Source: the human T2T-CHM13v2.0 reference genome, Homo sapiens. Taken from it: 64,000 bases of DNA. Shown piece by piece: positions 34,193 to 51,609 of this stretch. Position 1 is the stretch's first letter. Each line of letters starts with the position of its first letter. Where the stretch lies: the NCBI RefSeq assembly GCF_009914755.1, contig NC_060936.1. One strand, given 5' to 3'. The position numbers and the translations under genes are program-made. The notes under the pieces are model-generated. The model saw only the letters and a program-made list of their open reading frames with translations. It did no database searches and had not been told where the DNA came from.

Positions 34193-35181
34193 AAGATTTT
34201 AAAAGTTGCTAAGAGAGTAAATTGTGAATGTTCTCATCACAAAAAATGATATGTATTTGAGGTGATGGATGTGTTAATTAGCTTGATTTAATCATTCCAC
34301 ATTGTATATATATATGACATAATATCACTTTGTACCTCATAAATATATACAATGATAATTTGCCAATTTACAATAAAAATACTGATTTATGTTGTTTATG
34401 TCTAACAATGACTTCTACCTTCCCAAATCCCTTTCTGGGCATAAATATAGATATATATGTGCATACATATGTATTTTTTAATTTTAGTTTTTTAACTTGA
34501 AAACACATATGTACGGTTTGATCACCTTATTTTGTTTTTCATTTCAATGGATACTTTTTGTGACTACATTTTAATTTATTGACTGCCTAAGTTTATGGGG
34601 CCTGGGTAACACAAATTTCTTGTTTCCCACTTAGTATTTAGGTTATTTTTAAAATTTCAGTGTTCATGTAGCTCAGACCTATAGAATTAGCTGAAAATAC
34701 TTAAGAAAAACAGGAAAACCATCTGAAAAATTCCAAAACAGACAAAAATTATTAAAGATGCATAATGATTGAGAAATTGGTAAATGGAGCATCATGTGTA
34801 AAAGTTAATTACTGAGAATGGGTTTTGACCACTTTGTCATTTAGACTAATCACCATTTGGATTAAATTATTTTTAACGAAACCATGTGGAGCTAATGTTA
34901 TTTGTAATTATTGCTGAGTAGAAAAAAGACACTATTTGTTTCTTTTTACATTTTAATATTTTATAATTTAAAAAATGAGCATATACCAAAGAAGAAAAAG
35001 TTCTTGCACATCTTTATTCCTGAGTAACTTACTCTTTATGCTGCATATGCCTATGCAATCTTTTTTTTTTTTTTGAAAAAATATTTTCCCCCAAACTGGT
35101 TATTGGTGGCACAACAGAATCCCATTTATATTTGCATATTCTATTATAGCTGAGGTAGCCTTGGCTAAGCTGAGAGATTGA

Positions 35182-35500
<319 letters not shown>

Positions 35501-35636
35501 GATATTTTTTTAAATGTTAAACACAGTGCTTATTTTCTCTTGCCCTATTCTGATAATAAAAAAATTTCTGATTTAGCAGTAGCCCGTTTTTGTATATACT
35601 TTTCTTATCAATAAATTTGAAAATAGTATTAATATA

Positions 35637-36068
35637 TGCATAGTTTGGATATTTGTCCCCAGCTAAATCTCATGTTGAAATATAATCTCCAGTGCTGGAG
35701 GTGAGGCCTGGTGGCAGGTGTTTGGACCATGGGAATGGATCCCTCATGAAAAGCTTAGGCCATCCCATTGGTGATAGGTCAGTTCTTGCTTTAAATTCAC
35801 TCGAGATCTGGTCATTTAAAAGTGTGTGGCACCTCCTCACTCTACTCTCTTTCTCACTTTCACCTGCTTTCACCATGTGATGTGCCTGGTCCCCCTCCAC
35901 CTTCCACCATGATTGTAAGCTTGGTGAGGCCTCCCTAGAAGCTGAGCAGATGCCAGCACCATGCTTCCTGTAAAGCCTACATAACTGTGAGCCAATGAAA
36001 TCTCATTTATTTATAAATTACCCAAGCTCAAGTATTTCTTTATAGTAATGCAAGAATGGCCTAATACA
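35637..36068 (+). mobile_element. MaLR solo LTR (MSTA/B-like)
   Basis: aaatctcatgttgaaat...ccttccaccatgattgtaag...ctaataca; 5-bp TSD atata. Confidence 0.88.
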
Positions 36069-37579
36069 ATATATTTTAAATTTCCTTTTGACTCAGTTTT
36101 TACTTAGAAGAATTCATTTGCTTCATAATATTTGGTCCTTCTTTTCACCCTCAGGTTGATAATTTTGGTTTTTTATGATTTGTCATGTGTACTGCTTTTA
36201 TCATTTATTATTTTGTGATAAACTCATGAGATAACTAACATTAAAGGAGGCAATTTGTATCTATCTAAATACATAAGTTTTGTATTCCTTTTATAGTTAA
36301 TTAGGACATCTTATATTATTTAGGTTTTTCTACCACTCTGCCTCTTCCCCTTCCCCACCTTCCTTTTTATTTTTTCCATCTGAAGGTCTGTGTTTGGACA
36401 CCTCTTACATATTTGTTTCAGACATACGGTTTTGGGTCAAGAAGGTGTACCTCAGTTTGGCAATTAACTGTTTCTAAACACTGACTCAGAGGTGTATGAG
36501 TGGGTAGAAACTCCTACTGTTTTTTTTGTAAAATGTCTCATCCTTGTCTCCTATAAGTATATTAAAAATCCCTTGGACTGATCCTTAAATAGACCCATTT
36601 AGTAAATTTCAGCAGCAATAGCACTGTGAACCAGTTGGATAGATTTCCAGTCAATTTTCTAATTTATAATACTGGATTCTAAACCATATGGTTTTAATGT
36701 GTTGACAAAAAGAAAGAATCACATCTTACCACAGTTCAAATATATTAAATCCAATGTTTCCTCATTATCACTAATGGTCTAACACTATCATAAAAGTTTA
36801 CTAATTGGTACAGTAGGCTTTATTCTTTTAAAGCCATCAGGATTTTGCCTCACTGTACTTTAAACTCTTGTGGATGGTTATTACTGGATTTCTTGACAAT
36901 CTGTCGTCTAGTGGTTACTGGCATCCTGGTTTATCTTGCCAGTTTACAATTAATAGGGCTACATTCTGCCTGTTTTTATAAACAAACAAACAAACAAACA
37001 AACAAACAAAAAACACACACAAAAAAACCACGCTAGTATTTCACTTAACTCTTTAGCAATCGTCAGAGTCTTCACAACCAGAAGTCCTCCAAATCCATCA
37101 ATCTCCCTGTGTCTGCAATGGTTTTAGGTGACTTGCAGACATTATCTCTTAGCCTCCAGTCACTGTATCACTCCTCATTCCTTGCTAGCGCTGTCTTTCC
37201 AGATCGTGTTACTCATAGCAGCTTTAAAATATACAATGGGAAAAAAAGGAGAGTAACATGAGCAGACTTAGTAGATAACAAAGGACCAGAGAAAGTAGGT
37301 CCTTGATATTCTCTTTACTTTTTCCCCAGCATATTCCCCTCTAGCCTCTGATAAACTTACCCCAAGGAAAGAAAAGAAAAACATCATTGGATTAGGCAGA
37401 CCCCAAAGTTTTAACTCAGTTCTAGATTTTGAAGTTCTGGGTTCTGAACTAACTAAGGTTTAAACATTGGAACAATTTCCCTGGATTAAGTTAAGAATGT
37501 CTTTTACCTCCTTCTACTATTTATTAATAATAACATAACTCATGCAATAATAGCTATTACGTACCATTTTATTTAATCC

Positions 37580-37830
37580 AGATAAATATTTAATAATATT
37601 GGCCAAAACATATCTGAGCCCTTACTAGCACCAGGCATTATTTCAAAGACTTGACAATCATTTATTTAAATCTTCTCTGCATCGCTGTTGTTATCACTAT
37701 TTTGCAACGGTTTTGCAGTGATAACAACAGAGATGAGGAAACTGAGGTTAAAAGAGATGAAATAAGTTGCTCAAATTCGACAGCAGGACTGTCTAACTAC
37801 AAAGCTCATCCTTTTAATCCCCTTCACCAC
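37580..37830 (+). mobile_element. MIR
   Basis: Core motif agatgaggaaactgaggttaaaagagatgaaataagttgctcaa. Confidence 0.7.
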
Positions 37831-38369
37831 ATCTCTAAAGAGGAAGAAAGTCTTAAAACCATTGCATCCTTTGGAGCAAAGCCAAGTAGAATCTGAAGGG
37901 GGAGAAAATGATTCTTGTGTGTCTTTCATATACTGCAGTCACACAAGTAGTAAGCATTAGCCTTTTGTAGTTTGTGGGTACACATAACTGTTCTGAAATC
38001 CTTTCTTCAAAATATCAAAATATTTGTTTAAATATTCCTTATGAAGAACCAAATAGGTATAACGATATTAAAAGTTTAACTTAGGAATTGGTAATTACAT
38101 TCATTTGGGGGAAAGTTGGAATGGCAGTAAAACAATAAAGGCTGATTATTCAATTCAGTGTAGAGTCTGAAAAAAAAATTTTAAACCATAATGCAGAACA
38201 TATTTAGTCTGTCACCTGTTTTATCATTCAACAATTAATTATTAAGTGGCTACTAAATGCCAATCATCACCTAAGCCCTGGGGAAAAATGGATTAAGAAA
38301 CCTCCAGGATTTAAGCAAGCTAAGTATCTATTTTTTCATCTTTAGAGTGATGTATTTGTTACTGAGATA

Positions 38370-38600
38370 CATGTATATTTGTTATATACATAAATATATA
38401 TTTATAATATAAATGCCTACATTTATATATGCACATATTTATATATTATATACATACATAATATAAAATATATATGCACATATTTATATATTATGTATGT
38501 ATAATATGTAAATATGTATAAATATATATTTAGAATATTATATATGTTTGCATTTGTATATGCAAATATATATGCATATATTTGATATTTATATAATTAT
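38370..38600. repeat. TA-rich low-complexity tract
   Basis: Seen directly. Confidence 0.9.
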
Positions 38601-38719
38601 GATGAAGTATTTATCAGCACTTGTGAATTTTTTATTACTACAACTTAAATAACATTGATTACTAAACCAACTTTACCAAAATCTGTGAAAAGTAATCTAT
38701 CATTATCATTATTATTTTA

Positions 38720-38997
38720 AAAAAGGGTCTTGCTCTCTCACCCAGGCTGGCATGGTGCTGGCTCACTGCAGCTTCAACCTCCTGGGTTCAAGCAATCCTC
38801 CCAGCTCAGCCTCCTGTGTAGCTGGGACTCTAGGTTTGCACCATGGCCACATTCAGCTAATTTATTTATTTATTTTTTGTAGAGACGGGGTCTTACTCTG
38901 TTGCCCAGGCTGGTCTCAAACTCCTGGGCTCAAGTGATCCTCCCTTGCTCAGCCTTTCAAAGTGTTTGGATTACAGATGTGAGCCACTGTGCCCAGC
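38720..38997 (-). mobile_element. Alu (AluJ-like)
   Basis: Reverse Alu. Confidence 0.85.
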
Positions 38998-39918
38998 CTC
39001 AATATTATTTTTTAATAACTTTCCCCTACTGAGTTAAAATATTGCCTTTTTTGCATACTACATACCCCTATATCCTTGAATCTTTCTTTTTGTATTGAGC
39101 TCTTTATTCCTGTGCTGACCTCACAATTTATAGCTTAAAGATGTGATCTAACATTTGTAAGGTACATCCTCTTTCATTACTCATATAATGATGTTTACAA
39201 TTTTTCTTCTTATATATTTTAGATGATGAAAATTAGGGACAGTTTGGTATGTTTCTTTGTTCAATTAAACCCACAGTTGTAATTTACAATATGTAAACAC
39301 AGTCTTAAGACTGCTAAGGATATAAAGGGGAAAATGATAGAATTCCAGCTCTTGAGATAATCTTATGTATGAAATAGAGTTATAGTTTATAACTCTATAA
39401 TTTATAATTTCTGATTCTAGAAATACAAAAAGAGACAAGATAGAACAAGAACCAAGAGGCAGGTTGTACAGAGTTAAATATTAGGTGCTACAACTGAGCA
39501 CACATATAAGTAGTAAGCCTTTCTTAGATGATTAATGTGGTTGCTGCAGCAGTTTTATAGATGACCAGATCCCTTAGTCTATCTTAAATTTGAAAAGTGC
39601 AGAATAGTGGCAGCCTCATTTCGACGTAGCATCTCTAAAAATCTTAGCCCTTAGCAGCCTTCTTTTTCCCTTGTTTTCATGGGGGGGTAGGGCAGAGCTT
39701 GCATGTCCTTGAAGTCTGGTATCACAGATGTTTTGAATTCCTTAATATTCAGTTCACTCTACAATGACATGAATTAACTGATTTTCCATGAGGTGTGCGA
39801 GAGTGATTTCATTTTAAACACGTCTGCAATTTGGTGGATGATCTAGCTGTTAGACTTGCCTACATGATCTTGTTTCACAGAATATTTTCTTCTGCAAATT
39901 CTTTATGTTGTTACTCTG

Positions 39919-40998
39919 TATTGGGGGAAGCCGCCCCCAATATTTCAATGTATGTTCTTTCTATTTTCCATAAGTGTCGGCCGGCTGAGAAATAGAGACA
40001 GTATAAAGAGAGGAATTTTGCAGCTGGGCCACCAGGAGTGACATCACATATCGGTAGGACCGTGATGCCCACCTGAGCCTCAAACCAGCACATTTTTATT
40101 AAGGGTTTCAAAAGGGGAGGGGGTGTAAGAACAGGGAGTAGGTACAAAGGTCACATGCTTCAAAGGACAAAAAGCAGAACTACTAATAAGGGTCTAACAA
40201 AGATCACATGCTTTTGAGGGAACAGGACAAAAGGCATAAGCAGAACTACTGATAAGGGTCCAACAAAGATCTCAAGGCAAAGGGCAAAAGCAGAACTACT
40301 GATAAGGGTCTATGTTCAGCGGTGCATATATTGTCTTGATAAACATCTTAAACAACAGAAAACAGGGTTCGAGAGCAGAGAACCAGCCTGACCACAAATT
40401 TACCAGGGCCACGTTTTTCCCCACCCTAGTAAGCCTGAGGGTTCTGCAGGAGACCAGGGCATATCTCAGTCCTTATCTCAACTACACAAGACAGACATTC
40501 CCAGAGCAGCCATTTATAGACCTCCCCCAAGGAAGGCATTCCTTTCCCAGGGTATTAATATTCCTTGCTAGGAAAATAATTTAGCGATATCTCTCTTACT
40601 TGCACGTCTGTTTATAGGCTCTCTGCAAGAAGAAAAATATGGCTCTTTTTGCCCAACCCCGCAGGCAGTCAGACCTTATGGTTGTCTTCCCTTGTTCCCT
40701 AAAAATTGCTGTTATTCTGTTCTTTTTCAAGGTGCACTGATTTCATATTATTCAAACACACATGTTGTACAATCAATTTGTACAGTTAATACAATTATCA
40801 CAGTGGTCCTGAGGTAACATACATCCTCGGCTTATGAAGATAACAGGATTAAGAGATTAAAGACAGGCATAAGAAATTATAAAAGTATTATTTGGGAACT
40901 GATAAATGTCCATATTAAAATGAAATCTTCACAATTTATGTTCCTCTGCTGCAGCTCCAGCTGGTCCCTCCATTTGGGGTCCCTGACTTCCCGCAACA
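39919..40998 (-). mobile_element. MER11 (MER11A-like; HERV-K HML-8) solo LTR
   Basis: Minus strand begins TGTTGCGGGAAGTCAGGGACCCC; about 1.08 kb; three internal copies of aagcagaactact(a/g)ataagggtc at ~40170-40310; TSD ctctg/ctctg. Confidence 0.92.
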
Positions 40999-42644
40999 CT
41001 CTGGTAACTAAATCTAATCCCATTATAATTAAAACATTTATGACCATGTGAGAGGCATGTGAACCAGAGTAACTCCATCTTGAATAGGAGCTAGGTAAAA
41101 TGAGGCTGAAACCTGCTAGGCTGCATTCCCAGATGGTTAAGGCATTCTAAGTCACAGGATGAAATAGGAGGTCGGCACAAAATACAGATCATAAAGACCT
41201 TGCTGACAAACAGGTTGCAGTAAAGGAGCCAGCCTAAACCCACCAAAACCAAAATGGTGACGAGAGTGACCTCTGGTCTTCCTCACTGCCACCCTCCCAT
41301 CAGCACCATAGCGGTTTACAAATGCCATGGCAACATCAGGATGTTACCCTATATGGTCTAAAAAAGGGAGGCATGAATAATCCACCCTTTGTTTAGCATA
41401 TCATCAAGAAATAACCATAAAAATGGGCAACCAGCAGCCCCGCTGCTCTGTCTATGGAGTAGCTGTTCTTTAATTCCTTTACTTTCTTAATAAACTTGCT
41501 TTCACTTTACACTGCAGACTCACTCTGAATTCTTTCTTGCATAAGATCCAAGAACCCTCTTTTGGGGCCTGAATCCAGACTCCTGTCCTGTAACATATTT
41601 CTAGTGACCACAGGAGGGACTATAGTACAGAATCCCTGACCCAACAGCTACCTTTGGGTAAGTGTTGGGGTCCTGTAGAATATTTCTGGTGAATCTTGAA
41701 GGGACATTACTAAACACCCCCCCAACCCAAAGGAAATAGACTGCAGCACTGATTGGATGATTTTGGGTAAGTGGTGGGGTACCCAGATAAAGAATGGGCT
41801 TGTTCAAGGCCCAACTTGGGGGAGTTAGAGTCTCTCCTAAGGCAGAGTAGGTTAGAGGCCCCTCTTCATAAAAGGCAAGGATCCTTGACTGGCATTGGGT
41901 TAGAGGCCCAACTTAGAAGGGGATTAGAGGCCTTCTAAGATTTAGGGGATTAGAAGCCCCTCTTGATAAAATCCCTCTTGGCTAAGAACAGGTTTGGCAC
42001 TACGGGTTGTTAACTGCTGTTCTCTTTGGATTAATCTGCCTTGCACTCTTCTTTGAGGCCTGTGGGTGATGGGATTAGGCATGTAGAGGATTGTGTGACA
42101 TGTGGAGCATTTTCGTCCCTAAAAGGCGAAACTTGAAAACTGATAGGATTGCTGGAAAAGATCCCTGCTTGACCGGCAGCAGCCACTAGAACTTTTCAGT
42201 GTCGATGCAATGGGTGAGTCTTTCTCTGGCCTCCTTGATAATTTTGCCTTCCCCACCCTGCCACAGGCAATGCTTTTCTTTCTCTCCTTTCTCTTTCTTA
42301 TCTTCTCTATTATTCAGGGTGACCATCTTGCCCAGAGACCACATGTTGAAACTCCTGGTCAGAGGTTGGATTAACCTCATGACGGGGCCCAACCAGGGGC
42401 AAGTTTAAGCCTTTTGAATTTAATAGTGGGTGTTAAGCAGAGTGGCTAATGTCTACGTTTTGTCACATGTATTTTGCTCTGGCCAGAACAGAAAAAGATA
42501 ATTTTCCTTTGTGTTGTGGCTTGGCCCCTAGGGCTGTGTACAGCCAGCTGGGTCACTAGGGCTGCTCAGGGAAAGGGAATCCAGAAGCCTGGCAGGCCAG
42601 CAAAAGGATAAGAATTTCTTACCAATCAGATTTCTAGCTTCTCC

Positions 42645-42647
<3 letters not shown>

Positions 42648-42683
<36 letters not shown>
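42648..42683. repeat. (TG)n microsatellite
   Basis: Seen directly. Confidence 0.95.
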
Positions 42684-42687
<4 letters not shown>

Positions 42688-42966
42688 CTGGATAAAGTTT
42701 CTCTCTGGTCAGTTATGCCCTTGGGAACTTGACCTTGTAACCATGTGGCCATGCTTTCTCTTTTCACAATGGTGGCCTGGGTTTAGGGTTCAATTCCTGG
42801 CCTAGGGGATGATCCTTTATCTTCTGTCTGTCTATGTGTTTATATGTGTTATGTGTTTGATATTTACATATGAAACAGCTTTAATTAGTTTAAAAATAAT
42901 AAGAGCTTAATATTTTATTAGAAAAGTAAAAAAGTATAATGAGTTTTAGTCATGTGACTTAAGTAA

Positions 42967-43288
<322 letters not shown>

Positions 43289-44194
43289 AAGATAGTTTAA
43301 AAAATTATTGGTAAATAAAGACATTTGGTCTAAGTTATGCAGGTCAGATATTAAATTTAGTAAATGCTTTAAGGTCATAAACTGCTTGAAAATTGTTCAA
43401 TTTATCTATCTTAAAGCCATTAGATTCTAGATAAGGCCTGGGGACATGTGGAATTCGCCATACCCCCTAGCTATACAAAGAAGATTATTAAAAAAAGAGA
43501 TTTTATATGAGAAAGGATCTTGTATGGTAAATTCTTGTCTTAAAGTAAAATGACTATTGATGTTTAGGGCAAGTCAGAAAGCCCAAGAATGTCTCAGATG
43601 GTCTGTGGAAGTCATGAAAGGATTTGTGAAAGGAATTTATGCAAGAAATGTACAATTCAAAGGTTGTTAGGCATTCTAAATGCTTCATACAATGCCACCA
43701 TGACTCTTACTGTAAAACTTGCCTGCTTAAGTAAGGCAAGGCCTGGAGACATGTAGAATCAGCCACACCCCCTAGCTATGCTGGAGAGTCAGCTCTTACA
43801 TGCACTTCTGCCTGGTGTCTCTTAGGCTAGGATCCACACTTAATACATAATTAAAATCTCAGATTTACCAAAGTTTTCACCAAAAATAGAAATTGCAGAA
43901 CGTTAACATTATAACATGTAATTAAAACTACAAAGAAACAATTTTACATGGAAGGTGTGTAAAGAAAGTAAAATGTGTTTTTGGTGAAAGAGTATAAGAA
44001 GTCATGGGAAGGTGGATTTTTTTCTGCCTACATTAAAGTGTTAAAGGATTGTTTAAGAAAGAAAAAAAATTCTGATGGTTTATGAAAACTTAACCTGCAA
44101 AAAAGATTCTGTGTGGACACTGGCTAAAGTAAAAGGGGTATTATTCAGTTTTTCTGCAAATTAACCATTGGAATAAAAGCACAACAGAGTTTCC

Positions 44195-44496
44195 TTTTTT
44201 TTTTTTTTTTTTTTGAGGCAGAGTCTCGATCTGTTGCCCAGGCTGGAGTGCAGTGGTGTAATGTAGGCTCACTGCAACCTCAGCTTCCCGGGTTCAAGTG
44301 ATTCTCCTGTGTCAGCCTCCCAAGTAGCTGGGTTTACAGGTGCATACCACCATGTCCAGCTAATTTTTGTATTTTTAATAGAGATGGGGTTTCATCATGT
44401 AAGTCGGGCTGGTCTCAAACTCCTGACCTCAGGCGATCCACTCACCTCAGCCTCCCAAAGTGCTGGGATTACAGGCGTGAGTCACTTTGCCTGGCC
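44195..44496 (-). mobile_element. Alu within the MER41 internal region
   Basis: Full reverse Alu; TSD caacagagttt / caacaggttt. Confidence 0.9.
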
Positions 44497-47184
44497 CAAC
44501 AGGTTTTTCTTAAAGCAAGAACCTCCTTATGATCTGCTCTTTAACAAAAATTGTAAAGGGTTGTAAAAGGTTTATGAAAATTTTACCTATGGTCAAACTG
44601 ATTAAAATTAAATACATTTATTGATAAGGTTTCATTAAGAATTTGGTTTGAAGTCAATAATGCACTAATGAAACAGTGACATTTGGCTTATTTGGTATAA
44701 AAGTTATATAGGAAGCATTATCAAATATGAAATGGTGTTTGGTTTCCTTTGGGCTGTAAATGTGTTATTAGCATATGTTCCAAAATTATGGGAAACTTCT
44801 ATAATTCTAATATGGCTTAGTGTATGTTATGAGTAGTTATATTGTTACATAAAATCATTGTGTGCCACAGAGGTAACCAAAATTTCTTTGTCAATCGTGG
44901 TTTTGACTGTAGCTGTCCTAAGATGTTTTTGTCATCCACAGACAATTTTTGTCTTGTTTTAACCCTCTTTAGATGGTGGTTTATAATCAGCTATAGAACT
45001 CTAACAGGTATTCTTAAATGCAGGTTTCTGATAACTTTGAAAATTGTGACATTAGAATAGAGGAAACACCTTTCAGAACTGTCAGAGAGCTAAAGTGTTC
45101 GTGAATATCAAGCAAAACAGGAGTTAACTAAATAACCAGAATCAATAAAAAACAGAAGTAATCTTTGTGACTTTTTGCTTAAAACATTGCTGATCCTTTG
45201 TTTTGTTTTTCAGGGTCAAGAAAACTTTTCTTTTGAGCTATTTACAGCTTGTAGCAATCGAGTAACCTATACTGCTGTGAATAACATTTGGAGCATATTT
45301 GTTTCTCTACCTGATTTCTCTAGAATTTGGAGACTATTTGTGAGCTTTCTGAACTTACAGCAATGTGGTTATTTGCATAAGTGCAATAAGAATCAGTTTT
45401 CTTTTGCAACAGGACACAATTGGAGAAATTGGTTATTTTACCAAGGCTTTAACTGGAATGGTGTGCTTTCCTTTAAGGAGTCAAACTTGACTTTTAAAGC
45501 CAATAAAAGCCCTTTGGGGAACTGGCCTCATACCTTGCCTACACAGTCCCTTGTACAGGGTTTCTGACCTGTGGTAAGTAAAGAATGTCACTTTCTCTTA
45601 GGCCCAGAAGGCCCAAGTTTTCTTGGGACCCCAAGAGGAAAGAAATTTACTTAAATCACATATTGAGGGTACAAACCCATGGCAGGACTTGGCTCTAAAA
45701 AAGTCTTATCTGAGATTCCTTATGGAACAAAGTTCTATCAAAGCCAGTTAAAAAGCCTATATGGTAAATAATGATTCTTGCTGCAGTTTATACAAATAAT
45801 CAGGCCAAGTTTAATAAAGCAAATTGGTCTTACCATAATTTGTCTTTAGTAAAAATGGGAAACTGGAGACAGAGATTATGTTTCAATAACTATGGTATAC
45901 TTGCTATTAAATTCTAGTCTCATCAGTTGTTTTTGCTTCTGCAATTTAGGCCAACCCTGCTTATTCCTGTAAACCAACCAGTGATCTCTGGCTGCTGCTT
46001 AGAAGAAACAAGAGGGATGGCTAATTAAACAGGTTGAAGTAAAGGAGCCAGCCCAAACCCACCAAAACCAAAATGGTGACGAGAGTGACATCTGGTCGTC
46101 CTCACTGCTACACTCCCACCAGCACCACGACAGTTTACAAATTCTATGACAATGTCAGGAAGTTACCCTATGTGGTCTAAAAAGAGGAGGCATGAATAAT
46201 CCACCCCTTGTTTAGCATATCATCAAGAAATAACCATAAAAATAGGCAATCTGCAGCCCCCAGGCTGCTCTGTCTATGGAGTAGCTGTTCTTTTTTTCTT
46301 TTACTTTCTTAATAAACTTCCTTTCACTTTGCACTGCAGACTCGCCCTGAATTCTTTCTTGCATGAGATCCAAGAACCCTCTCTTGGGGTCTGAATTCAG
46401 ACCCTTGTCATGTAACAACCAGAGCACCCCCGGGTTTATATTTAGTGATCCTTTCATTCCCTCATACAAATGGTCATTATGTAACAAGTCAGAAACAGCT
46501 TTTCTAGTCTTTTATATGTGGTATAATCATTATGACTTAAATACACAATGTGGGTGTCATAAGGCAGAATTTTGTAGGTGTTTTAACAGATACATAAAAG
46601 GGAGAAGTAAATTTGGACTAGGAAAATCCAGATAAGCTCCATGAAGAAGACTGCTGGAGAGTTAAGCTTTGAAGGATGAGTGAGGGTGTAAGAAGCAGAC
46701 ATAGGAGACAGGACATTCCAGGTATTGGAGGGTCCCAATGCCATGTGAAGTATGGGAAAGGGACTATTAAATGTGTTGGATACTTCAAAATAATGTTACA
46801 TCTTCATAGCTATGTTATATTCTCTTGACGTGTGTTGCAAGTTGCTGGAATATTTTACTGACACCCTGTAGCTAAGATTTTTTTCCAGACTCAAAGATAA
46901 CTAGTGGGCTGGCCAGTGGTCTAGGAAATAATCAGGCAGGTGATTTCAGCATAATGAGTTAAGTGGATACAGCCCCTGGCTGAGGGCTATTCTTATGTGA
47001 CACTGGCAGAGTTTCAGAACTACTTAGGTGGGCTTAAGCATTTATTTATTATCTTTTATGTTCTAGGCACTATTGTAGGCAGTGGAAATGTGGCAATAGA
47101 CAAGCTGTGGCTCTGCTTTCCTGGCGGTAACATTCCAATACATAAGAGGGACACTAAAAAGGTAAATAAAAAATACACTGATTT

Positions 47185-47279
47185 TAGCTGATCTCATTTC
47201 ACAGAGGTCAGCGCACTCTCCCCTCTCTGAGAGTGTTACTATGCTTAATAAACTTTTGCTGCTTTGCTGAAAAAAAAAA
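47185..47279 (+). mobile_element. Short polyadenylated retroposed fragment (LTR R-region-like) with TSD
   Basis: AATAAA at 47247, A-tract from 47270, TSD aatacactgattt (47172) / aatacattgattt (47283). Confidence 0.65.
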
Positions 47280-47689
47280 GTGAATACATTGATTTCAAGG
47301 TAACTCACGTTGTTTCATGATATATAAAAAATAAAAACAGGTTGTTGTGATAAGGGAAGTGATGGATGGAAATGCCCCTCCAGGGAACAACTTTTTAGTA
47401 AGATCTAAATAATAGGAAGACACGTGAAAAGAAGCCAGTAGGCAGAAATCATGAGGAAGCAAAACTAGGCAATCAGAAACAGAAGAGAGGTAAAAACAGG
47501 TGGAGAGAAGACACAGAGAACTCAACTAACCAGAAGGGCTGTTGGGTTTCCAGAACTATTGCTTGAATTTTGACTTCTAGGGTCCCTGTTGGCTCCTGAA
47601 TAGATGCATAAGTAGATGCATATGCTCCATTTTCCATCTTTATTCTGTTATAATATATTCCTATCTATCTAACATCTAATGATCTATTG

Positions 47690-51020
<3,331 letters not shown>

Positions 51021-51211
51021 ACAAACTAGTGCAGTTTGCAACATAATTTTCAATTAAATTGTTTTACAGTTACATAGTTTTAAAATTCTTAAAATGTCAA
51101 CTGCTTAATAAAAAATACAATTTATACAAAAATACAAGAGATACTATCTGAAATGTGAAAGTAGTAGTATATTTATGATTTCTCCCCAAAGTGGAAGGAA
51201 CACACACTCTA

Positions 51212-51609
<398 letters not shown>

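Noticed and set aside
40170-40310. Three spaced ~24-bp direct repeats, superficially CRISPR-like
   Set aside because: Internal tandem repeat of the MER11 LTR. The spacers resemble each other, the context is eukaryotic and there are no cas genes.
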